A DNA stretch of 64,000 nucleotides from Octopus vulgaris (Eukaryota), in assembly GCA_951406725.2 (NCBI GenBank), contig OX597831.1:41292001-41356000 (forward strand). Reading direction: 5' to 3'. A program made the translations under genes and the position numbers. The first letter of the stretch is position 1, and every line of letters begins with the position of its first letter. Shown one piece after another: positions 11,251 through 22,264 of the stretch. Under the pieces are notes generated by a model. That model was given only the letters and a program-made list of their open reading frames with translations, was not told where the DNA came from and ran no database searches.

Positions 11251-12929
11251 AGATGCATAGGAACAATACTAGGACAACACACCTTCTGATCCCCCAATAA
11301 TCATCTCTTTACAGCCACAACCATTTAAACGTTTTTTCAATGGCCTCTTCAGGGAATTTTTTCTTCTCATTCTTGTAACATCCATAGACTTATCTATGCA
11401 TGCTTGATGCTATACACCAACTTCCTTACTCAATAACAAACCTATGACAAACCACTTTTCTCCCGAATGCTCTCATCCTCAGAAGAATCATAACATTTTC
11501 TTATGCAATTAAACCTGTCTTGTCAGTGGATTTTTTTTTTGTCCAATATTCTCTGCTGGGTAAGTTAATTTAAAGATAAATAATCAAACAACTGAATTTA
11601 AAAAAAAAAAAAAAAAAAAAAAAAGAGGGACAGAGGAAAAGAAATTGTGAAACCTCTAGAAGGTACCAAAACTTTTAAAGATACTAACACAACAAAAACC
11701 GTAAAAGAAACATTTAGAATCTTACAACAATCATTACTACTAACAACAAATGAAAATGATGCATTCTACTGTAGACCCAATGCCAGTAATTCCAAGGGGC
11801 AGGGTAAGTTAATTATATTGCTCCGGGTGTTTAAGTTGGTATTCATTTTACCAATCTCGAAAAGGATGGGGAAGTGAAATTCATCGCAATAGATTTTGCA
11901 TTCAGAATCAAACAAGCAGGAAACGCTAAGGATTTTGTCCGACGTGCCATCTAGGCTGCCAGTTTGTTAAACCCCACTCACCTACCCACTTGATATTATT
12001 GCCACTAAATTGCCAAACGACAGTTCATTGCAACCAGTTGCAAAAAAACAAAAAAGCAATTTCGTTTATACAAATGCTTAAGAAAACTCCGCAAAAAGAA
12101 CCATCAGTTAGGGCCAATCACAAAAATCCTACACATCTAGCATTGCCTAGTCTTGTACACTGAGAGCACTCTTACCAACCCCTCAACCAATAGCAAAGGC
12201 ACACGGCCAGAAATCTGGGAGGGGTCAATGATTAAAACCAACCCAGTACTTTGACCAGTAAGTTTCTTCATCACTAAGGACTGAAAGGCAAATTTGACTA
12301 CAGAAGGGATTTGAACTGAAAAAGTAAAAGAATCCCAAAGATATTCTATAAAGGATTTTGTTGCATGCTTTCATGATTCTGCTAATCCAAACAGCCTGAC
12401 AATGATGATGTTTCCACATCACTCACAGGGAACTAAATGGAACAGAAAATGGGGAGTGGAGTTCGGGAGGTGGGATTAATCAAATTGATCTGAATACTTG
12501 ACTGCTATTTCCTTTCATTAAACCACTCCACACCAAAAAAATAAATAAATAAAATGAAAAGCAAAGCTCACTGCAGCAGGATTTGAGCTAAGAAAGTAAA
12601 AATACATCACTAAATATAAATGCTCTCATTTTTCCAATCCATCACCACAAAGATTGTGGATAATAATATTTTTTTTTAAATAAAAAGGAAAAGGAGGGTG
12701 CAAAGTGGATTGCAGAAATGAAATATTCCTAAAACACATGGAATGCATGTAGCTAATAAAATGTGAAACAAAACTAACTACAAACTAGTAAAGACAGCCA
12801 TGCCACAACTAACAAAAGCTCCAGGCTGCTTTTGACTAATCATATATATATAATATATTATATAGGGTATACAATATATGGTATACATATACTTCTGTGG
12901 TTAATATGAAGCCAAAAAATTCAAGATAA

Positions 12930-15654
12930 ACAACTATCAGCAATAGGATTTGTTTTATTTCCAGTTAGCAGTGCTGTAGCTCAATAATGTAACACTTAGT
13001 GCTCAGGTTTTGAGATCTGCTTACCTGAAAATGACAAGCACGCAAATCTAAAAAAAAGTTAACTTTACACCCGATTCTCTAAACCCTGTTTGAGCCCCAA
13101 CAGATAAAAATTTAAGCCCCACCAATTTTTTTTTTTATTTGTTAGTTTCTTTTTTTATTTCCCCTTCCCCCACCCACCAATACATGGAGCATATCAGCAC
13201 TCTCACTTGGGCTTTCCTAGAAAGCAACCAATTAAAGAACTTACCAGTTTGGAATCACTCATCTCGTGACGAGTAACATCACATACACAGCTTAAAAACC
13301 CTATTTCAAATAAAACATTTAAAATAATCTTACACGATATATAGAGATAGATAGATAGATATATATATATATATACATACACATTTTTTTTTCTCCTTCG
13401 CAACTCAAGAACTACTCCATAATCATAAGAAACCTTCAAAGATTTAAATAATCTCCATAATATCTGAGAATCAACCAGGTACAAAAATAAGTTAAAAAGT
13501 TTGGGCAAAAAAAGTCGCTAAATAATAACCTAAATACAACACCTAAGTTACAATCAACTTATAATTGACCTTTTTTTTTTTTCCATTAACGGTTATAATT
13601 ATTTTTTTTCCACTCTAACTTTTCTTTAACAAATTTTACAAAACACCTGAACTACTTCAATTTACAAATGATCGACTGGACTTTTTTTTTTAAATTTTCC
13701 TTTAAAAAACTTAAATTTAAAAATATATAATTATCTCTTTTTTCTGATATCAGCTAAACTCACTTTGCAAAATATATATATATATTTATATAAAAAAAAA
13801 AGACTATCAAATGTTACAAACCACTTCCTCCTTGCCAATGAGAAGGTCACAGCTCTTCATACCAAAAAATAACCCCTGAAAATCTCAAGCAAGCTGAAAA
13901 TTAAATCAATACATTCAAAGACTACAACTGCTTTCCCCCTCTCCTCACTTTTTTTTTTTTTTTTTTAGTTTAAATCTCTTCAACTTGATTCAATCTTGCA
14001 TGTTTCTTTTTTTTTTCGCTTTTTTTTCAAAGTAACTTTTATGCTTGGTCTTTCCTGAGAAATATGTAACCCAAATATTTGAAGAAAAATATGAAAAACT
14101 AGAAGACTACACCTGAAAGGAAAAAAAATGGAAACATGGAAACAGAAAGAGAGACAGCAAAACACACTCGTAAAACATGCAACACAGAAAGCAATCCAAT
14201 AGAGCTGGAATTATATATATTTTTTTTTTTTCCATTTTATATAATTTCATTTTTTTTTTTAAATCATTTTAAAACTGAATTTTTTTTTTTTTTTGGAAAC
14301 ATTTTTTTTCTCCTTGCTTTCTTTCACACACACAGATAGCAATAAAACTCAATCAGCTAGAATACGAGACTGGTTTTTAATAACAAGACCAACCACCACA
14401 TACATAAATGCCATTTAAGTGGTTATCACACCACAAGTTTACTTCAAAACATTGCAAAAAAGTGGCAGATGGCCTTTTCAAGGAAAACCACCTCATCATT
14501 ACCATTATTATCAACAACTTCAATTGTCTTCATATATAACATTTTTTTTTTCTTTTCCTCTCTCTCTCTCCCATTATTTTTTTTTCATCTTGTTTTAATT
14601 TTTTCTTATGTTTTTTTTTAAATTTTTTTTTTTTTTAGTGTACTGTCTTTAACATGCCACTGGAGAGGCTTGAGAGGAGGGGGGAAAAAACCGGTGCAGT
14701 CTTTCAAGACGAGCCAACAACTCCCTCGAGTCAGTTTTAGTGACAGGCGAGCCGTTTATTAGCATCTACCACACGTACAATCAAGTAGGTAACACATACC
14801 TGGTGCTGCTGTCCAATTGAACAGCAGCACGTGTCCAGAGTCCAATGGCGCCGTGTTCTTGATTGTCCACCCAGTGCTTCACAAGTTGAAAATCAGAAAC
14901 AGCTTGACATTTTTGCTAATATGTTACCTACCTTTTTTTTTTTTTTTAGTATTTTGCTATTATATATATATATCATTATATAATATATATATATAGATAT
15001 ATAAAAGATTTTTTTTTTTATTTGTTTTACATTTTCTTTTTCCATTTTAAAAATCAAACTTTGAGGATGAGGCAGATAGAAGACAAAAGAAAGAATAAAT
15101 GAATTGATCAGGTATCTACAATGGGATGGGATGGGAGCGAGGTGGAGAGGAGAAACAGAAATGACAAAAAGAGAGACCTGCATGGAAAAGGGAAGAAGGT
15201 GGGGACAGTGCTTCAATAAACCTTTCTCTCGCATTTCATTTTATTTTTACTTTATATACCCTAACTCTCAATTATTACGATTTAAGAGAAAACTTCTTTT
15301 TTTTTTTTTTTTTTTCCTTTCAAGAAAAAAAGATTTGTGGTGCATGTTGAAGAATATTAATGAACAGGAAAATAAGGCAAACAGAGATATGGAAGAATGA
15401 ATGGATGAATTGAAAAGAGAAGAAAAAAAAAAAAAAAATTCAATTAAAGCAAACCAGCATCTACAGATATTTGTTTAAAAATTTTTCAAGAGTTTAACGT
15501 CAACCAATGCATGTGAAAGCCTGCAAAGAGAGAACTTTACATGCTTGTACAAAATTATATGTTCTTTATATTTAAAACTATACTGTTGCCAAAAAAAAAA
15601 AAAAAACGGCCGGTAAAATGTGAACATACACACAAACATGCATGTACATTGTAC

Positions 15655-15695
<41 letters not shown>

Positions 15696-15708
15696 ACCTA
15701 AATACATT

Positions 15709-15751
<43 letters not shown>

Positions 15752-17224
15752 ACATGCACACACATTCACTCAAACAAATACGCACTAGACAGTCACACAC
15801 ACAAGCATGTTTGTGTATTCCAATGCATATATGTATATATATATACACTTATGACAATTTGTGATGGACTATGCAAGTGTATGTATGTATGGATGAATGA
15901 ATGAATAAATAAATGAATGAATGAATGAATGAATGAATGAATGAATGAATGCAAGTGTGTGAAAGAGGTCAATGTAAGGATGCTACCAAAATAAAAAAAA
16001 AAATAATAATAATCATCATCTGACTGGCAACTAAAAATACATTTACATCATGGCTTATATGTGTGTGTTTTGTGTTAGCAAACCTATTCTGTCTTAGCAG
16101 GAAATGAAATAATGTACACCACTTATTTTCAACACATCTTATTGCAATACCTGAAAAAAATATATTCTTGTCTGTATGTTTATTTAATTTTTTAAAGTTT
16201 TTTTTTTTCTCTCTAAATTGTTGTAATTTCCATCATTAATTTCATCCTCCATCAACTTTTGAGTATTTTTTTTTTTCTTTCTCTTTTATAAACTTCTGAA
16301 ACTGTGTGGATATGCGGAATGGGGGAGAGGGGGTAATATCTTAAGCCTTTTTTTTTTTTTTATTACATTTTCCCTTTCTTTTTTTTTTCCCCTGATGTAA
16401 AAATTATAAAATCTGAAAATTTTCTCATAGCCACACCTATGATACCAAATATGTATGAGTGCATGTATGTATTATATATTTGAAAATAAAAGACATCTTA
16501 AGTAAAAGAAAATTTCATAAGATGAAATAAAAAGGAGGATCAAGTCTAAAGTCTGATTCACTAACAAGCATTATTCCTCCATATATTAGGAGATATTATA
16601 TAATTGAGAATAGTCAGATGTTTCTTGTTCATTCTCTTTCATTTTAATCTTCCCTCATCCCAGCATCAACGCACCTGATGACCTTTCTAAAAATACAACT
16701 ATATCATACACTGATTTTTTCTTTTTTATAAAAAACCCACAACATTAATAAATTAAACTTAAAATAACGAATACTTATAAAGACTATTATCAAGATGCTT
16801 ACGTTCACCATGCATGAGCAAGCAAGTTTACATGTACGTGTGCATATATGTGCATGTGTACCGACACATACACCAACACATGCGTGCATGAACATACATG
16901 CATGCACACACACACACACACAAGCATATGTACATATACACACACAGACATAGCTGCATATGTAACTCAAACACCTCACACACATACATGCATGCATGCA
17001 CACTGAAGAGAATGTTTGAGAGAGAGAGAGAGAGTCAACAGAAAGAGATTGTGAGTGTTTGCGTGAGAGAGAGAGAGAGAGAGAGGGTTGAGAGATGAGG
17101 AAAAAGTAAACTAAGTGCAATAGTAGTAGTGGTAGAAATTATTCTTGTAGATGATGATGGTGGTGGTGATGATGGTGATGATTATTATTATTATTATTAT
17201 ATATCATTATTATAATTATTATTA
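12930..17224 (-). other. Putative long 3'UTR of SCAF4/8
   Basis: Follows the stop codon; no recognisable SINE or MITE; AATAAA on the minus strand at about 14755, 13150 and 12954. The 3' end is inferred. Confidence 0.5.
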
Positions 17225-19684
17225 TTATTCTTCATCATTTTCATCACAAGCTGTTGTCTGTTCTTCACTCTGTAATGGTGATTCCTCACCGGTTGGATAC
17301 TCAGGTTCCTCTGCCTTTGTCATTTCTGAAACCTCATCCTCCACTGAAGGGAACTCATCTGCCTCGTTCATAGGCTCCTCTGGAGAGCAGTTTTTCATAG
17401 GGGTAAATTCCTCTGTTTGAGGAGGGATAAAATTTTCTGTTGAAGAGAATTCCTCCTCTGGGGCAGGAGGAGGAGAGCTTTCAGCGAAGCTAGGAGTTTC
17501 ATTTTCAGACGGCAAAGCCATGCTATTACTAATATCAATATCATCATCATCATCATCATTGATGTTATTAATATTATCATCATCATTATTGTTGTTGTTG
17601 CTGTTGTTGTTGTTGTTGTTGTTGCTATCAACAACATCATCATCATCATTAAAGTAATTGTTGTTGTTATCATCATTGTTATTATCATCATCATCATCCC
17701 CGTGCTGCAGAGGAAAATTCTCAGGGGTTGGAGCATCAAAATTTTCCACAGGTGCATCAGACTCCATTGGAGTAAAATCCACTGCAGGGGGAGAGCTATC
17801 AGTGGGGATGAAACTGTCAACCGGGGCTTCTTCAGGGGGTGAGCCAGACAATGGCGGCTGGTCGTCAGGTGTTTCTTCAGCCGGATGGTATTTTTCTGTG
17901 AGAGAAAATTCCTCTGAAGGAACGAAGTCTGCAACGGGAGTGGCTGGAAACTCCTCATTTGCCGTATAATTCTCTGGTTGGCTGCTGTTTACAGCATCTT
18001 CTAATTCCTCACAGGTTGGAGTAACATCACCAGGAGCATCAGAAATCTCCATGGCAACCAACTCCTCAGCATTATCAGTGTCTGGTAATGCATTAGCATT
18101 TTCAGGAATTGTGTCAAATGCCTTAATAGTTTCTAACGAAGGAGCTTCCATCGAAGGAGTCTCCACAGCCTTATCATCAACATCGCTCCAGCGGGACTTT
18201 CTGGGACGATCTTCACGGTTTCTAGGTCTAATTCCTTCTGGACCTTCTCTTCCATTATCACCAAACCTAAATCGATCTCTAACTTCGTAACGTAACCTAT
18301 TTCTATCGTCATCATGCCGGGTTCGCTCCCTCTCATCGGGACGCCTGAGTCGGTCACGTTCATCCACGTGTCGCAACCGATCCCTCTCGTCGTCTCGTCT
18401 TGAGCGATCTCTGTCATCGCCATGACGAGCATGTTCGTCTTCATGTAGAGAGCGATCGTCCTCGTAATGGTGAGGAGGACGCTCACCTTCGTGATCTTCC
18501 TCCCCATCAAACCTGGACATTCGTCTCCCTCCTGCATTGCGATCAGGATCTCTATTATCAAGAACATAGCGAGATCGGTCAAAGAACTCATCCCTCTGGT
18601 CAAAATCCCTTCGGAACCGCATCCCAGGACCAGTTTCTCTGGGTGCCCATCTATCTCTCCCCATCCACCTATCATTAGCTGGCCGGTCAGGTCTAGGACC
18701 AATAGGACCAAATGGACGTATGGCACGTTCAAAACCAGCTCTGTCAAACGTACCATTATTAGTAAATGTGTTGGCAGGAAACCTGCCATCTGCATCTGGA
18801 CGTGGTGGTCGTAGCATAGTTCCCATAGGACCCTGGAATCTGGGAGGTGGGCCCCCTGGAAATACAGGAGGAAACCGGGGAGTAAATCGTGGTCCTCCAG
18901 GCAAGCCCATCCGGCCAGCTGGAAAGCCTGGCGGAGGGCCATCTACACTTATGGCCCGAGGACCAATGGCAATACCAGCAGGCATACCTGGTATACCGAT
19001 AGCAGTGGCTCGGTTAGGTGGACCTGTTAAAAGAGGTCCGCTTGGTCCACCGAGACGAAGTTCAGTAGGCGGGCCATTGATACCGGGACGTGGTGCCATT
19101 CCAGGTGGCAGAGGGGGACGCATCCCTACTCCTGGATTTGGAGGTGGACGCTGGGCAAGCATCTGTTGTAATGTTGCAGATATAGCTGGCATTGTTCCTG
19201 TGGGTGTTTGTAACACTTCAGAAGTTGGTTCAATAGTTTGAGTGGTGATACCTTCATGTTTCGTTTCAGACTCTGCATCATCACCGGCTGGTTCTGTGCT
19301 TCGCTTCAGCCAATCATCCTGCTGACTAGATTCACTAATGTTTTCTTTGGATTCTTGAGCAGTCAGAGTAGCATTTGTGTCATGGGGAGGTCTAACATTA
19401 GCAATAGCCCTAGCACCCTCCGGAGCAGGTGCTGGAACTTGCAAGCGAAACGTTGGACCTCCAGGAAATGGCTGAGGTGGGAATGGCCTAGGCTGTTGTC
19501 GAAGTTGCGCTGCGAAATTAGGTGGGGGTGGTCTAGGAGGAACTGATATGCCGCCTGTAGCAAGAATGGAACTGCTTAAATTATTCTGAAGAGACTGTGG
19601 AAGCTGCACTAAACCTGGTGGCGGTAATGAAGGCATGGCAGGATTGTTTGATGCCACTGTAGTCAATACAACAGTTGGAGCCAT
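17225..19684 (-). CDS. SCAF8: SCAF4/8 terminal coding exon, 819 aa low-complexity C-terminus
   Basis: ttttccAG-type acceptor directly before ATG GCT (phase 0); 2460-nt open frame to TAA; P/G-rich, R/D-rich, then acidic. Confidence 0.94.
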   Translation of the reverse strand: MAPTVVLTTVASNNPAMPSLPPPGLVQLPQSLQNNLSSSILATGGISVPPRPPPPNFAAQLRQQPRPFPPQPFPGGPTFRLQVPAPAPEGARAIANVRPPHDTNATLTAQESKENISESSQQDDWLKRSTEPAGDDAESETKHEGITTQTIEPTSEVLQTPTGTMPAISATLQQMLAQRPPPNPGVGMRPPLPPGMAPRPGINGPPTELRLGGPSGPLLTGPPNRATAIGIPGMPAGIAIGPRAISVDGPPPGFPAGRMGLPGGPRFTPRFPPVFPGGPPPRFQGPMGTMLRPPRPDADGRFPANTFTNNGTFDRAGFERAIRPFGPIGPRPDRPANDRWMGRDRWAPRETGPGMRFRRDFDQRDEFFDRSRYVLDNRDPDRNAGGRRMSRFDGEEDHEGERPPHHYEDDRSLHEDEHARHGDDRDRSRRDDERDRLRHVDERDRLRRPDERERTRHDDDRNRLRYEVRDRFRFGDNGREGPEGIRPRNREDRPRKSRWSDVDDKAVETPSMEAPSLETIKAFDTIPENANALPDTDNAEELVAMEISDAPGDVTPTCEELEDAVNSSQPENYTANEEFPATPVADFVPSEEFSLTEKYHPAEETPDDQPPLSGSPPEEAPVDSFIPTDSSPPAVDFTPMESDAPVENFDAPTPENFPLQHGDDDDDNNNDDNNNNYFNDDDDVVDSNNNNNNNSNNNNNDDDNINNINDDDDDDIDISNSMALPSENETPSFAESSPPPAPEEEFSSTENFIPPQTEEFTPMKNCSPEEPMNEADEFPSVEDEVSEMTKAEEPEYPTGEESPLQSEEQTTACDENDEE

Positions 19685-19741
19685 CTGGAAAGAGAAGAAA
19701 GTTTTTAATAACAGTTAAAATATAGGTTTAAAACAAAAAAA

Positions 19742-20118
19742 AGTGAGGAGAAAGAGAGAGAGCGGGGAACAGAGAGAAAGAGAGGGAGACAGAGAGAGGG
19801 AGAGACAGGGAGAAAGAAAGAGAGAGGGAGGGAGGGAGAAAGAGAGAGGAGGGAGGGAGAAAGAGAGAGGGGGGAGAGAAAGTATGACAGAGAGAGAGAG
19901 AGAAAGAATGACAGAGAGAGACAAAGTATGAAACAGAGACAGAGAGAGAGAAAGTATGTGACAGAGAGAGAGAGAAAGTATGTGACAGAGAGAGAGAGAA
20001 AGTATGTGACAGATGAGAGAGAGAGAGAGAAAGTATGTGACAGAGAGAGAGAGAAAGTATGTGACAGAGAGAGAGAGAGAAAGTATGTGATAGAGAGAGA
20101 GAGAGAGAGAGAGAGAAA
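19742..20118. repeat. Compound GA-rich micro/minisatellite ((GA)n-AAGTATGTGACA units) filling the last intron
   Basis: Directly visible repeat; occupies most of intron 19685-20131. Confidence 0.95.
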
Positions 20119-20131
20119 GCATGAGAGTTAC

Positions 20132-20337
20132 CGTTGGCAAAGATATAGACACTCCAGCAGCAGTTGGAACCGGAGGCACTGGTCGAGGAGCAAGAACTGC
20201 TGAGGCTGTCGATGCTGGTGCCATTCCTAATGGAGGCGGAGGTACACCTGTGGTTGGTGGGCGAGGCATTCCCGGAGCAATTGGCATCATCATCGGAGGC
20301 ATCATGCCAGTTGGAGGTGGGATTTGCATTAGCATTC
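20132..20337 (-). CDS. SCAF8: SCAF4/8 Pro/Met-rich exon (MLMQIPPPTGMMPPMMM...ISLPT)
   Basis: 206 nt; tttcAG / ACG|GTaact; phases 1/0. Confidence 0.9.
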
Positions 20338-20531
20338 CTGAAACAACAAATGTCATACAGGTTTAAAAAGAAACAAGTTATTTACAGCAGATTAGTTAGA
20401 CGCATAGAATATAATATAATAGAGGAAAATGAACAAATACGTACAGGAATGGGTTAAGTGTGTTGGCATGACATCATTGTTTAATGTCTTGTGATTCTGC
20501 GTTAAGCTTTGCAGGGGTTTAGCATTCAGAT

Positions 20532-20919
20532 GGTGGAGGCGCAATGGCCCAGTGGTTAGGGCAGCGGACTCGCGGTCATAGGATCGCGGTTTCGATTCCC
20601 AGACCGGGCGTTGTGAGTGTTTATTGAGCGAAAACACCTAAAGCTCCACGAGGCTCCGGCAGGGGATGGTGGTGATCCCTACTGTACTCTTTCACCACAA
20701 CTTTCTCTCACTCTTACTTCCTGTTTCTGTTGTACCTGTATTTCAAAGGGCCGGCCTTGTCACTCTCTGTGTCACGCTGAATACCCCCAAGAACTACGTT
20801 AAGGGTACACATGTCTGTAGAGTGCTCAGCCACTTACACGTTAATTTCACGAGCAGGCTGTTCCGTTGATTCGGATCAACTGGAACCCTCGTTGTCGTAA
20901 TCGACGAGTGCTTCCATCC
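20532..20919 (+). mobile_element. SINE family C, young full-length copy
   Basis: tRNA-like head (tggcccagtggttagggcag...ggtttcgattccc), CpGs intact, 11-bp TSD agcattcagat at 20521-20531 and 20920-20930. Confidence 0.92.
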
Positions 20920-21001
20920 AGCATTCAGATTACTCAGCCAAATGTAATGCTTATTTACATTATTTTGTATTAAGCCCATAGCTTCAATATTTCTATGATG
21001 T

Positions 21002-21369
21002 CTTTTACCCGTTTCAGTCATTTGACTGCGGCCATGCTAGAGCACCACCTTTTAGTCAGACAAATCGACCCCAGGACTCATTCTTTGTAAGGCTAATACC
21101 TATTCCATCAGTCTCTTTTGCCGAACTGCTAAGTTATGGGGACGTAAACACACCAACACCGGTTGTCAAGCGATGGTGGGGGGGGGGACAAACACAGACA
21201 CAAACATATACGACAGTCACTTTCAGTTTCTGTCTACCAAATCCACTCTCAAGGCTTTGGTCAGCCCAAGGCTATAGTAGAAGACACTTGCCCAAGGTGC
21301 CACACAGTGGGACTGAACCTGGAACCATGTGGTTGGTAAGCAAGCTACTTACCACAGCCACTCCTGAGC
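21002..21369 (-). mobile_element. SINE family A
   Basis: Reverse complement of family A; flanked by ctatgat on both sides. Confidence 0.88.
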
Positions 21370-21740
21370 CTATGATAATTGTTTACTTTTTATAATGACA
21401 TTGTAAGGTGGATGTAAGAGGCAGAATCTAGATGGTTTGACTATAAAACTGGTAGAATATTTGCGATAAATATGGTTGGTTTAAGGTCTAAAAAGATTAG
21501 AATTGTTAAGTATGCCCCACTTGTTTTTCTTCAGTGATGTCCCTACATTCTGGCTTACAGAAGTTGAGATACATTTAGTTTGTGGCAAATTGCACCCCTT
21601 TCATTCCTAGTTTACTATACTGAACCGACAGAGCCATTTATATTTTTATGAGTAAATATCAGGAATTGTATAAAAATATTTGTTGAAATATTTTGTGTAT
21701 TGAAGAAGTGTAATCTATTGCACATAATTTTTAACAAAAT

Positions 21741-21955
21741 GGACTTCCAAGGGTCATACGGACTCCCGAGGGCCATATAGACTTCCAAGGGCCATATGGA
21801 CTCCCGAGGGCCATATGGACTCCCGAGGGCCATATGGACTCCCGAGGGCCATATGGACTCCCGAGGGCCATATAGACTCCCGAGGGCCATATAGACTCCC
21901 GAGGGCCATATAGACTCCCGAGGGCCATATCGACTCCCGAGGGCCATATCGACTC
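21741..21955. repeat. 19-bp minisatellite (NGACTCCCGAGGGCCATAT) x11
   Basis: 11 full head-to-tail units plus a partial unit; no spacers. Confidence 0.97.
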
Positions 21956-22096
21956 TGGTAGAGAAACAGTCTTTGATGCACTATGAGGAAAAAAAGGAAT
22001 GAGATCATCACAACTGGAGTGTCTTTGATCATAGACTTAATCAGTTATGGTTGACTGAAGCTAAACATCAATTTTGAGTAAGTAAATCTTACTTAC

Positions 22097-22264
22097 TTGG
22101 CATAGGTTGTCCTTGCAGTTGAGGCTGTTGTGGAGGTATTGCTGTTGGAGGAGGGACTGCTATTGGAGGGTTTGTTATATTCACTTCATTCATCTTAAAA
22201 TTCTGTTGAGGTTCTTCTATGTTGTTTGTTCCAGTTGGTTCTGTTTTCTCAAGTTGCAAACCAG
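22097..22264 (-). CDS. SCAF8: SCAF4/8 exon (AGLQLEKTEP...PPQQPQLQGQPMP)
   Basis: 168 nt, not in the ORF track; ttgcAG / A|GTaagt; open frame; phases 1/1. Confidence 0.88.

Noticed and set aside
17151-19563. Overlapping and antisense ORFs over the terminal exon
   Set aside because: Shadow frames of GC-rich, low-complexity coding sequence; no recognisable domains.
17225-19684. 819-aa ORF as a stand-alone intronless gene
   Set aside because: Its ATG directly follows a polypyrimidine tract and AG, in phase with the upstream SCAF4/8 exons.
20536-20610. Genuine tRNA gene
   Set aside because: It is the head of a TSD-flanked SINE; cloverleaf imperfect.
21615-22032. Repetitive ORFs in three frames / CRISPR-like array
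   Set aside because: Head-to-tail 19-bp units with no spacers in a eukaryotic intron; the ORFs result from a stop-free repeat.
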